Source: an uncultured bacterium
GTDB lineage: Bacteria; Babelota; Babeliae; Babelales; Vermiphilaceae
DNA length: 64,000 nt
Direction: 5' to 3'
NCBI GenBank assembly: GCA_963695335.1
Contig: OY968764.1
Span: forward strand, 960,001-1,024,000
Made by a program: the position numbers and the translations under genes. Below are positions 12,401 through 22,300 of the stretch, piece by piece. The notes below the pieces were generated by a model. That model was not told the origin of the DNA, did no database searches, and worked only from the letters and a program-made list of their open reading frames with translations. How positions within the stretch are numbered: the first letter of the stretch is position 1; each line of letters starts with the position of its first letter.

Positions 12401-15400
12401 TTGCTAATACAAGTGGAGCATGGACATATCCAACAGATTGGGCTTTAGGTACAACAGCGGGTGAAGCATATGTTCTTATAACTTCAGGTACAGTTAATGC
12501 TGGATCAAGCTGGTTATGTAGTACTCCAGCGGCAACTATTGGTACTAATAACATAACATTTGCTGAATTTGCATTACCAAGTCCCACAACGGGTGCTAAT
12601 GTTGGTGGAGGATCAGGACAAGTTTACCAAGGAAAAACAGGTATTACCTTAAACTTTAGAACATTAAGCGTTGCTGATACATATCTGTCTATTGTCACCA
12701 ATAGTGATAATGTAGGATTTAGTACTAATGCGACAAGCGCAAATACAGCAAATGAAATTGTTGCTCGTGATGGTTCAGGTAATTTTTCCGCTGGTACTGT
12801 TACTGCAAACTTAACCGGTAATGTGACTGGTAATGTAACTGGAAGTGCATCATTAAATTTACTCCTTACCGGAGGAACTTTAACTGGTGCATTAACATTG
12901 CCTGCAGGTTCTGCAGCTACTCCATCATTGCAATTCACCGGTAGTACAAACACTGGTTTATCAGCAGCTACTGCAAATATACTTTCATTTGATGTGAGTG
13001 GATCTGAGCAGATGAATATTAGTTCATCCGGTGTTACCATTGATGGATTGAGTACTGCTGGTGTTGTGCATAATAGTGCTGCAGGATTATTATCATCTTC
13101 ATTAATTGTTGATGCTGATATTACTACTGCAACAATCACCAATGATAAGTTAGCAAATATATCAAGTTCTAATATTGCTAATGATATTGTTGTTCGTGAT
13201 GGTTCAGGAAATTTTGCTGCAGGTACAATCACAGCAAGTTTAACAGGAGCTGCATCATTAAACGTTCTTAAAGCTGGTGATACTATGACTGGTACATTAC
13301 AGTTGCCAGCAGGAACAACAGCATTACCATCATTAGTATTTACAGGTAGCACTACAGCAGGACTTTCTGCTAATACTGGTGCATTATCATTTAGTACGAA
13401 TGCATTAGAACGTCTTAAAATTGCATCAAGCGGAACAATCTCTATTGATGCATTCACTACTGCGGGAGTTCTTCATAATGATGCTTCAGGTAATCTCTCA
13501 AGTTCTCTTATTGTTAATGCTGATGTGTCAGCATCAGCTGCAATAACTGATAGTAAATTGGCAACTATTTCCACTGCAGGTAAAGTTGCTAACTCTGCAA
13601 CAACGGCCACAAATCTTAATACTGCCAGTGCTATTGTTGCGCGTGATGCTTCAGGAAGTTTTGCCGCAGGATTAATAAGCATTACAGATGAGGTAATTAG
13701 TAATAGTGTTACTATAACGCCATTTAGTACAGCTGGGGTTATACATAATAATTCATCAGGATTATTATCATCTTCATTAATTGTTGATGCAGATATTACT
13801 GCCGCAACTATTACTAATGATAAATTAGCAAATATATCAAGTTCTAATATCGCCAATGATATTGTTGTTCGTGATGGTTCAGGAAATTTTGCTGCCAATG
13901 TTATTACTGCAACTCTCACAGGCAGTGCATCATTAGATCTTCCTTTAACGGGGGGAACTTTAACTGGTACATTAACTTTGCCAGCTGGATCTGCAACTGC
14001 TCCATCATTGCAATTCACTGGTAGCACAAATACTGGGTTATCAGCTGCAACAGCAAATGTGCTTTCTTTTGATGTTAATGGTTCAGAAAAAATGAATCTC
14101 AGCTCATCAGGTCTTACGATTGATGCATTTAGCACTGCAGGCGTTGTACATAATAGCTCTGCAGGATTATTATCAAGTTCATTAATTGTTAATGCTGATA
14201 TTACCAATGCAACTATTAGCAATGCTAAATTAGCTGCTATTTCTAGTTCTAATATTGCCAATGACATTGTGCTGCGTGATGGAACAGGCAGTTTTGCAGC
14301 ACAAGAGATAAGTATGAATGATGGCATTCTTGCTGGTAATCTTATTTTAACGACTGATCCAAGTACATCAACCGCCGGTAATATTATAAAAGGTTCAAGT
14401 AGTTTTATTCATGATTTTGGAACAAACAACACTTTTGTTGGTATTAATGCAGGTAACTTTACTACAAGTGGCTCTGGAGGTAATAGTGGCTTTGGTGCAA
14501 GTGCATTAACTGCAAATGGTACCGGAGCATTTAATACTGGAATTGGTTACAGCGCTTTAGCAGCAAATACCACTGGGGTTGATAATACAGCTCTTGGTTA
14601 CAATGCGCTTACTGCCAGTACAACAGATACTGATAACACAGCAATTGGTTTTAACGCGCTTGCAGCAAATAATGGTGCTAGTGGTAATACTGCCGTAGGT
14701 TCTAATGCTCTTACAGCAAATACAACTGGTGTTGATCACACTGCACTTGGTTATAATGCGCTTGCTGCTAGCCAAACAGATACTGATAATACTGCTGTTG
14801 GTTACAATGCTCTTGCTACTCTTAACGGGGCAAGTTTTAATACTGCTGTTGGTTCAAATGCATTAACGGCAAATGAATTCGGGCCTAATAATACCGCGGT
14901 TGGTTATAACGCTTTATCATCAAGCACAGCAGATAATGATAATACTGCGGTTGGGTTTACTGCTCTTGCTGTAAATAATGGAGGAACTTATAATACTGCT
15001 GTTGGCAGTGGTGCGATGGCATCAAATAGTGGCGGTTCTAACAACACAGCACTTGGATACAATACATTAATGGAAAATATTAACGGAGCAGGAAATACTG
15101 CTGTTGGATTCAGTGCATTATTGAGCGGTGTAGGCTCTGATAATACTGCTGTTGGTAAGAATGCATTGACAAATAACACAGCATTTCAAAATACTGCCGT
15201 TGGTTCCGGTGCATTAGCAGCTAATTTCACAGGAGATCAGAATATTGCCGTCGGATATCAAGCAATGATACATTCTACAGCAAGCGGAGAGACTGCTATT
15301 GGTTATCAAGCATTAGAATTTGATGGAGGCGCTCGCAACACTGCAATTGGATATAATGTTTTATCGGTAAGCATAGCAGATACAGACAATACTGCAGTTG

Positions 15401-18400
15401 GATATAACGCACTTACAACAAACAACGGAGGAAGCTTTAATACTGCTGTTGGTTCAGATGCACTTTTTTTCAACACAGGTGGAAGCTATAATACTGCTAT
15501 TGGAACTGCTGCGTTAAATGCAAATACGGGAGGTATCCAGAATACAGCTGTTGGAGCGTTCGCACTTAACTTGAATACAGCAAGCTATAATACTGGTATT
15601 GGAGCGTTGGCACTGGGTGACAATACAACGGGAACCTTTAATGCTGCTGTTGGATATGGTGCACTTGCTGCAAATACTATTGGTGTTGATAATACAGCAC
15701 TCGGCTACAATGCATTAGCAGCGAATACAACTGGTGTCAATAATACTGCTCTTGGTTATCAAGCGCTTACAAATAATATAACTGGTACTGATAATATTGG
15801 AATTGGTTTAAACTCCTTACTTTCCGTCACAACGGGTAGTACTAACATCGCAATTGGTTCTGGAGCAGGTGGAACATTAGCAACAGGGAGTGGCAATATT
15901 TATATTAATGCAAACGCAGCTTCAGCTAGTGAAGCGACAACAACCCGTATTGGTACATCACAAACAAATGCTTATATGGCTGGTATTTACAGCGTTACAC
16001 CAAGTGGTACTGTTCAAACAGTTACTATTAATAGCTCAGGGCAACTCGGTAGTACCACCTCTTTACCGACTGGGGTAAGTACTAATACTCCAAATACTCT
16101 TGTACTTCGTGATGGAACGGGTAGTTTTGCAGCACAAGAAGTAAGTATGAATGATGCTATTTGTGCAGGCAATCTTGTATTAAGCACAAACCCAAGTACA
16201 CCAACAGCAGGTAATATTATCAAAGGATCAAGTAGATTTATTCATGACTTTGGAACAAACAATACGTTTGTTGGTATTAATGCTGGTAATTTTAGCATGA
16301 CAGGTTTAGGTAATAATACTGCTATGGGTAATAGTGTATTAACCGCAAATACAACGGGTGCTTATAATACTGCAATGGGTAGTAGCGCGTTAGCTGCCAA
16401 CACAATTGGTGTTGATAATACCGCAATTGGATATAATGCATTACTTGCAAGTATAACAGGTACTGATAATACGGCAATTGGTTTTAATGCGCTTGCTGCA
16501 AACGCAGCAGGAACAAGTAATAATACCGCAGTTGGTAGTAGTGCATTAGCTGTTAATACTACAGGAACACTCAATACAGCAGTTGGAAAAAGTGCACTTG
16601 CTGCAAATACTATTGGAACTCACAATACAGCTCTTGGTAATAATGCATTGCTTGTAAGTACAACAGGTACTGATAATACTGCGCTTGGTTATAATACTTT
16701 ACCTTCAGTTACAACTGGTAGCACTAATATTGCAATTGGTTCTGGAGCTGGTGGAACATTAACAACAGGAAGTGGCAACATTTATATCAATGCAAATGCT
16801 GCAACTGCAGCAGAGGCAACTACAACACGTATTGGTACATCACAAACAAAGGCTTTTGTCGCGGGTATTTACAGTGTTACACCAAGTGGTACTCTTCAAA
16901 CAGTTACTATTAATAGTTCAGGACAACTCGGTAGTACTGCTTCTTTACCGAGTGGAACAAGTCTTAATACACCAAATACTTTGGTCCAACGTGACGGTAC
17001 CGGTAGTTTTGCAGCACAAGAAATAAGTATGAATGATGGTATTCTTGCTGGCAATCTTGTATTTACTGCTACAACAAGTACTTCAACAACTGGTAATGTT
17101 ACAAAAGGTGGTAATCCTTTTATTCATAATTTTGGAACAAATAATACCTTTGTTGGTATTAATGCAGGTAACTTGACTATGGGTGGATCAGGAAATAATA
17201 CAGGAATTGGAACAAGTGCATTAGCAGCCAACTCAACAGGTAATAATAATACTGCTGTTGGATATGTTGCGTTGGGTGATAATACAATAGGATATAGCAA
17301 TACTGCCCTTGGGGCTTATGCTATGCAAAATAACACATCTGGCTATCAAAATACCGCTATTGGACATGGTGCCCTTTATTCAGCTTCTCCTGGAACAGGT
17401 TATCAAAATACTGCTGTTGGTTATTATTCACTTTTCGCTAATACAACAGGTTTTAATAATACTGCTGTTGGTTATTATTCACTTCAAGCTAACACAACAG
17501 GTACTCAAAATGTGGCAGTTGGGGTAAGTGCTCTTCAGGATAATACAGTAGGTGGTAGTAATACCGCTGTTGGATATTCAGCATTAGAACTTAACACAAC
17601 AGGCGGTCAAAATACAGCCATGGGCGTTTCGGCATTAGGAATAAATAGTATCGGTATTAATAATACTGCCATTGGTTATCAAGCATTATTAAACAATACA
17701 GCGAGTAATAATACTGCAGTTGGTAGTAGTGCACTTGTAGATAATACAACAGGTGCTCAAAATGTGGCAGTTGGGGTAAGTGCTCTTCAGGATAATACAA
17801 TAGGTGGTAGCAACACCGCTCTTGGATATGCAGCATTAGGACTTAACACAACAGGTAATAATAATACCGCTGTTGGCGCAGATGCACTTCAAAATAATAA
17901 TATAGGTATAGATAATACTGCAGTTGGACAAAATGCACTTTTTGCAAATACAACAGGTAACTATAATACTGCATGTGGACAAGGTACACTGCAGGCTAAT
18001 ACAACGGGAACGTTAAATACTGCAGTGGGTGTTCTTGCGCTTTCCGCTAATACAATAGGCATACAAAATACGGCCGTTGGAGATAATGCACTTCAAGACA
18101 ATACAACAGGAAATAATAATACTGCTATAGGACAAGGAGCGCTTGTGAGTAATCTAGTTGGTAGTGATAATACTGCTGTTGGGCTATCTGCATTAACTGC
18201 TAACACGGCTAGTCAAAATACCGCAGTTGGATCAAGTGCACTTGCTGCCAATACAACAGGAATTAATACTGCCGTTGGCTATCAAGCATTAACCGCAAAT
18301 AATATAGGAACTAATAATACCGCAGTTGGTTGGCAAGCATTAGTTACTAATACAACCGGTAATCAAAATACCGCGGTTGGACAAGAAGCACTTAAACTTA

Positions 18401-19191
18401 ATGGGGTAGGTAGCTTTAATACTGCAGTTGGTTATCAAGCATTGCTTAAAACAACAAATGGCAGTAATACCGCTGTTGGTTATCAAGCTCTGACGAATAA
18501 TACAGGAGGTTCTCAAAATACTGCAATTGGTGTGAGTGCACTATCATCTAATACAACAGGTGCTAATAATACCGCTCTGGGTTATGACACTCTACTTAAC
18601 ATTACAACAGGTAGCAATAATATTGCAATTGGCAACGGCGCAGGAGGTGGCAATGCAACAGGAAGTGGCAATGTTTATATTGGTGCTGCAGTTACTATTA
18701 CCGCGGGTGAAAGTAACGTTACACGTATTCAAAATATCAGTGGTATTAACGTGGGTGCCGTTCCAGCAGTTCTTGTTACCGCAACAGGTCAGCTTGGCGT
18801 CAATACTTCAACAAGAAAAGTAAAACATGCTATTGAAGATATGAATGATGAATCGGCAGACGTTCTTAAATTACGCCCAGTGACATTTGTTTACAATAGT
18901 GATGTTTCTGAAACAAAACAATATGGTTTAATTGCTGAAGAAGTTGATGAAATATTCCCTGGTATTGTTGCAAGAAATAAAGATGGTGAAATAGAAACTG
19001 TTTTATATAATGTGTTACCAGTATTACTTCTTAATGAAGTTCAAAAACAACAAAAGACTATTGAACAACAACAATGTAACATTGAAAATCTTACAATAAC
19101 TGCAGAAAGTATGAATGCTGCAATATGTAGCCTACAAGAACAGTTACAACAGTTTATACAACGAATGCATATACTAGAAAATAACGCATAA
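9406..19191 (+). CDS. Giant secreted fibre/adhesin-like protein 3 (3261 aa) with one beta-helix module, three stacked NTAVG beta-roll blocks and C-terminal peptidase S74 chaperone
   Basis: Uninterrupted ORF with SD aaaggg and a hydrophobic leader. Uses the same modules as gene 2. C-terminal STRKVKHAIEDM...LRPVTFVY...YGLIAEEV. Confidence 0.85.
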   Translation: MTHSRLYRFFSFLISLSLLLSPIPVTAIMQDSPVITISDLETELGMQYFQYDETIARPFTNIIQVQGLLSVNDELVQNITAVNLSVTDEIVQNSTIGTISATDAILSNVTITTLSITDLIAQNIQATNISVVDETVTGTLSANDEVINSYLNFKASSNYVGLQAPTSVSTSYTLSLPSAVPAASQVIRANATTPTNLEWATDSAFVTPANSQTIYVAVYGNDTTGNGSLATPYATVAKAISIANGLASSSTPITISIGTGIYVEDNSVSPLTVTADGIAIIGQVSSNVILMPNTPANDFMLVNAPVHISDVTFESSNPLATGLTLASGSFTAVINVDFVNFLVGAECVGSPSNSYGFINCFFADNGTGLMVSNAYVSVQDITLFGTSSPSGPSANNAITVTGSGANLVINGGVIALCNTGITLVSNATSTISSLAFRLNTFDINQSGASNLALSACTFQLTTGSSDIEIQVSGAGTIAEIVGCQFDGSSQLGTPEGMGIQVTDNASVNLTSGSMSNYTTALSVGLSTDTASTSLIASSFILTNSTNDIVQQGSASLNVNASTASSSKISINDSTNVYMAFFDLDDNNALTIGSYANQDTTLLQAGINSSTNPEIQYQSSLYSTEGIGFYNPGASASSLFVQSSENANLTAVTTSITDVASLRLVSDTGSPVGGTSALRGWDINKNASTAELSFSFQNSDVSDSEPVVTEFSVMQLDGFNNLVQLPTAGTKIVFDGDTNLYRSAANVLKTDSNFIVGTLTASRAVVTDGSDQLASSATTATEIGYVSGVTSSIQTQINSKVAKAGDTMTGALILPAGSAAAPSLQFTGSTNTGLSAATANVLSFDVSGSEKMNLSSSGLTIDAFSTAGVVHNSSAGLLSSSLIVDADITTATITNDKLANISSSNVPGDIVVRDGSGNFATNEITINGTVTNPTDAATKAYVDAAVSTGLVAHTPCVVVSTTDIGSPPSGPETIDGYTVMTGDRVLLVGQTNEVYNGIWLANTSGAWTYPTDWALGTTAGEAYVLITSGTVNAGSSWLCSTPAATIGTNNITFAEFALPSPTTGANVGGGSGQVYQGKTGITLNFRTLSVADTYLSIVTNSDNVGFSTNATSANTANEIVARDGSGNFSAGTVTANLTGNVTGNVTGSASLNLLLTGGTLTGALTLPAGSAATPSLQFTGSTNTGLSAATANILSFDVSGSEQMNISSSGVTIDGLSTAGVVHNSAAGLLSSSLIVDADITTATITNDKLANISSSNIANDIVVRDGSGNFAAGTITASLTGAASLNVLKAGDTMTGTLQLPAGTTALPSLVFTGSTTAGLSANTGALSFSTNALERLKIASSGTISIDAFTTAGVLHNDASGNLSSSLIVNADVSASAAITDSKLATISTAGKVANSATTATNLNTASAIVARDASGSFAAGLISITDEVISNSVTITPFSTAGVIHNNSSGLLSSSLIVDADITAATITNDKLANISSSNIANDIVVRDGSGNFAANVITATLTGSASLDLPLTGGTLTGTLTLPAGSATAPSLQFTGSTNTGLSAATANVLSFDVNGSEKMNLSSSGLTIDAFSTAGVVHNSSAGLLSSSLIVNADITNATISNAKLAAISSSNIANDIVLRDGTGSFAAQEISMNDGILAGNLILTTDPSTSTAGNIIKGSSSFIHDFGTNNTFVGINAGNFTTSGSGGNSGFGASALTANGTGAFNTGIGYSALAANTTGVDNTALGYNALTASTTDTDNTAIGFNALAANNGASGNTAVGSNALTANTTGVDHTALGYNALAASQTDTDNTAVGYNALATLNGASFNTAVGSNALTANEFGPNNTAVGYNALSSSTADNDNTAVGFTALAVNNGGTYNTAVGSGAMASNSGGSNNTALGYNTLMENINGAGNTAVGFSALLSGVGSDNTAVGKNALTNNTAFQNTAVGSGALAANFTGDQNIAVGYQAMIHSTASGETAIGYQALEFDGGARNTAIGYNVLSVSIADTDNTAVGYNALTTNNGGSFNTAVGSDALFFNTGGSYNTAIGTAALNANTGGIQNTAVGAFALNLNTASYNTGIGALALGDNTTGTFNAAVGYGALAANTIGVDNTALGYNALAANTTGVNNTALGYQALTNNITGTDNIGIGLNSLLSVTTGSTNIAIGSGAGGTLATGSGNIYINANAASASEATTTRIGTSQTNAYMAGIYSVTPSGTVQTVTINSSGQLGSTTSLPTGVSTNTPNTLVLRDGTGSFAAQEVSMNDAICAGNLVLSTNPSTPTAGNIIKGSSRFIHDFGTNNTFVGINAGNFSMTGLGNNTAMGNSVLTANTTGAYNTAMGSSALAANTIGVDNTAIGYNALLASITGTDNTAIGFNALAANAAGTSNNTAVGSSALAVNTTGTLNTAVGKSALAANTIGTHNTALGNNALLVSTTGTDNTALGYNTLPSVTTGSTNIAIGSGAGGTLTTGSGNIYINANAATAAEATTTRIGTSQTKAFVAGIYSVTPSGTLQTVTINSSGQLGSTASLPSGTSLNTPNTLVQRDGTGSFAAQEISMNDGILAGNLVFTATTSTSTTGNVTKGGNPFIHNFGTNNTFVGINAGNLTMGGSGNNTGIGTSALAANSTGNNNTAVGYVALGDNTIGYSNTALGAYAMQNNTSGYQNTAIGHGALYSASPGTGYQNTAVGYYSLFANTTGFNNTAVGYYSLQANTTGTQNVAVGVSALQDNTVGGSNTAVGYSALELNTTGGQNTAMGVSALGINSIGINNTAIGYQALLNNTASNNTAVGSSALVDNTTGAQNVAVGVSALQDNTIGGSNTALGYAALGLNTTGNNNTAVGADALQNNNIGIDNTAVGQNALFANTTGNYNTACGQGTLQANTTGTLNTAVGVLALSANTIGIQNTAVGDNALQDNTTGNNNTAIGQGALVSNLVGSDNTAVGLSALTANTASQNTAVGSSALAANTTGINTAVGYQALTANNIGTNNTAVGWQALVTNTTGNQNTAVGQEALKLNGVGSFNTAVGYQALLKTTNGSNTAVGYQALTNNTGGSQNTAIGVSALSSNTTGANNTALGYDTLLNITTGSNNIAIGNGAGGGNATGSGNVYIGAAVTITAGESNVTRIQNISGINVGAVPAVLVTATGQLGVNTSTRKVKHAIEDMNDESADVLKLRPVTFVYNSDVSETKQYGLIAEEVDEIFPGIVARNKDGEIETVLYNVLPVLLLNEVQKQQKTIEQQQCNIENLTITAESMNAAICSLQEQLQQFIQRMHILENNA

Positions 19192-19210
19192 AAAATAAAA
19201 CTGTAAAAAA

Positions 19211-19250
19211 AAACAAAAAGATTCTTGTGAAAGCAGGAATCTTTTTGTTT
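19211..19250 (+). terminator. Rho-independent terminator after fibre gene 3 (homologous to the one after gene 2)
   Basis: aaacaaaaagattcttg-tgaaag-caggaatctttttgttt. Confidence 0.7.
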
Positions 19251-19302
19251 TTATGGACATAATCAATGCTGTTATAATTTTATTCCTATAAAAAGGACTA
19301 CT

Positions 19303-22300
19303 ATGCTCACTATACATTGCCCCCGTTTTATATCATTATTCATGTCATTTGCTTTGTTAGTTGCACCATTGCCACTTGCTGCTATAGCCGAAGATATGGC
19401 TACTACTCTATCTCACATAGAAATGAGTAATAACGATAATGTAAATACATCATATGTATATCTTGGTAAAGATCACAGTAATATCATAGAGGTAATAAAT
19501 AGCATAAGCGAATTAGACAATCAGAAAAATTCACCTCTTATAGAACTTAAACAACATTTTGAACAAGGTTTTTTATTTGCAGAATATGATGCAATTCTTG
19601 AAGTTGCTGCGTATGCAGAATCAGTTTTACAGAAAAATTATACCAAGATAGATATTCAAAAAGCACAAAAACTTGCTTCTGATCTCAACACCATTATTGA
19701 TATTATTTTTGATGGAACATTAACAGTTAAGTCTGATGATACTATCTCTCCAATAACGCGTGCACCTTTAGAAACGTGGGTAATTAATAAAAATATTGAT
19801 GTTCTTGGTAAGGGGACTTTTCATAAGCATGTGCATACAAAAGAAGGTATTCATACTCAGGGAAAATTAAAAGTTGATAAAACAGCCCGATTTAAAAAAA
19901 ATGTAAAGATAAAAGACACTCTTTCAGTCAACGATTTAGTAGTGACCGGATCAGTAACTGGTATAACTGGAGGTATTGGTGCTACTGGTGCAACGGGTGC
20001 AACAGGACCTCAAGGTATTACAGGAGCAACTGGATCCGGTTCTGGTGCAACAGGTAACACAGGTGCTACTGGAGCAACAGGTGCAACGGGAGCAATGTCT
20101 TCAGTTGTATCGGATTTAACTGCAACAAATTTTTCTTCTACAGATACTGTCATTCAAAATCTTACGGTAATAAATTGTATACCAGAGTTGTGTGTTAATA
20201 ACATATCTGTTGATAATGCGGTTATTAATAATGTTCTACAATTACAAGATCCAGGTCCAGGATATATTGGGCTCCAAGCACCTACAACAGTCCCAACAAG
20301 TTACATTCTTACATTACCAGCAGCCATCCCAACAGCACATCAAGTAATGCGTGCTAACGCAACAATACCAACTAATTTAGAATGGGCTGATAATAGTGGA
20401 GTATCTCCTATTCCTGTTATAAGCAAGACTATTTATGTAACTACATATGGTAGTGATATTACAGGTGATGGATCTTTTGATAACCCTTATGCAAGCCTTG
20501 CTCAAGCAATTCAACTTGCTAACAGCATCGCATTAGATGTAAATCCAATTAATATTTTTATAGCACCAGGTATTTATGTTGAAGATAATAGCGTTAATCC
20601 TTTGACGGTTACAGCTGAAGGTGTTTCAATTGTTGGTGAAGTATCAAGTGGTGTTGTTATCATGCCAAATACACCAAGCAATAATCTTCTTTTGATTAAT
20701 GTTCCTATTCATATTTCTGATATAGCATTTCAATCTTTTGCTCCTTTAGCAACAGGTATTACACTTGCAGCAGGGAATTTAACAACACTTACCAATGTAG
20801 ATCTCATTAATTTTCTTGTAGGTGTTGATTGTGTTGGCGGACCTGAAAATTCCTATGATTTTATGAACTGTTATTTTGGAAATAATGGAACTGCGATACT
20901 TGTTAATAACGCATTTGTTTCAGTGAACAGTACGAGTATTTTTGGAACAACATTAGAATCAAATCCAAGTGCTAACAATGCAATTACAGTGACGGGTTCT
21001 GGTGCAAATCTTGTCATGAATGGTGGGATTATTGCTCTATGTGAAATTGCTTTAACAATTACAAATAATGCAATAGTAGCTGCCACTGCTACTTCATTTA
21101 GACTTAACGTATTTGATGTTGAACAAAATGGAGCTTCACAATCAACGTTTGTGGGGTGTACTTTTGAATTAACAGAAAGTTCATCGGATATCGATTTTCA
21201 GGTAAGCGATCCAGGAACAATAGTAGAAATCATCAGTTGTGAATGTAGTGGAAGTGGTATATTGGGCTTGCCTCAAGGCACAGCTATGCTTGTTACTAAT
21301 AATGCATCAGTAAATATTAGCGGCGGTAGTATCCATAATTATATTACTGGTATAGAAATTGGTACATCGAGCGATACTTCATCAACATCTTTATTTTCTT
21401 CAAGTCTTGTGATTAAAGATTGTACAATGGATATTATACAACAAGGATCAACAACATTTAATTTTAATGCAGGCACTGCTTCAAGTACAAAAATAACTAT
21501 CAATGATTCTACGAATGTTAATCTTGCATTTTTTGATTTAGATATAAATAATGCGCTTACTATTGGATCGACTGCAAATGTTAACACGACGCTCATACAA
21601 GCAGCAGTAACATCTTCAGAGCAACCTAAAATTGGTTATTTATCATCATTATATTCATCGCAAGCAATAGGCGTAGAAAATTTTCTTAATAATCCTACAT
21701 CATCTTTTATTCTGACAGATAATAATGCAAGTTTTACATCAGTAACAACCGATCGCTCAAAAACTTCAACAATCAATTTATTTTCTGATGAAGGTGTAAC
21801 TATTGGAGGTACATCAGCATTACGTGGTTGGAATATACAAAAAAATGGTTCTTCTGCGGAACTTGCATTTAACTACCAAAATAGTGATAGTTCTGGACAA
21901 GTTCCGGTATCTGAATACACGGTAATGCAGATTGATGGTCTTAATAATCAATTACAATTACCAACACCAGGAACAGAAATTGTTTTTGATACTGACACTA
22001 ATCTATATAGAAGTGCTGCAAATGTTTTAAAAACGGATAGTAATTTTATTGTTGGTACGTTAACTCCAAATCGCGCTGTAGCTACTAATCCCACAACTAA
22101 TCAACTGATTTCCAGTGCAACTACCACAACTGAACTTGGGTATGTATCTGGTGTAACATCACCAATTCAAGCACAAATTAATAGTAAGGTTGCAAAAGCT
22201 GGTGACTCTATGACAGGAGCACTCAATATGCTTCTGCAGAATTCAGTTCGCTTTCAAGATCTTGTTGGAAATTATGTTGGCATCAATGCGCCAGCCTCTG

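Noticed and set aside
14400..18700. Classical trimeric autotransporter (type Vc) call based on YadA-head-like repeats
   Set aside because: The C-termini are S74 chaperone plus coiled coil, with no beta-barrel anchor or terminal aromatic residue.
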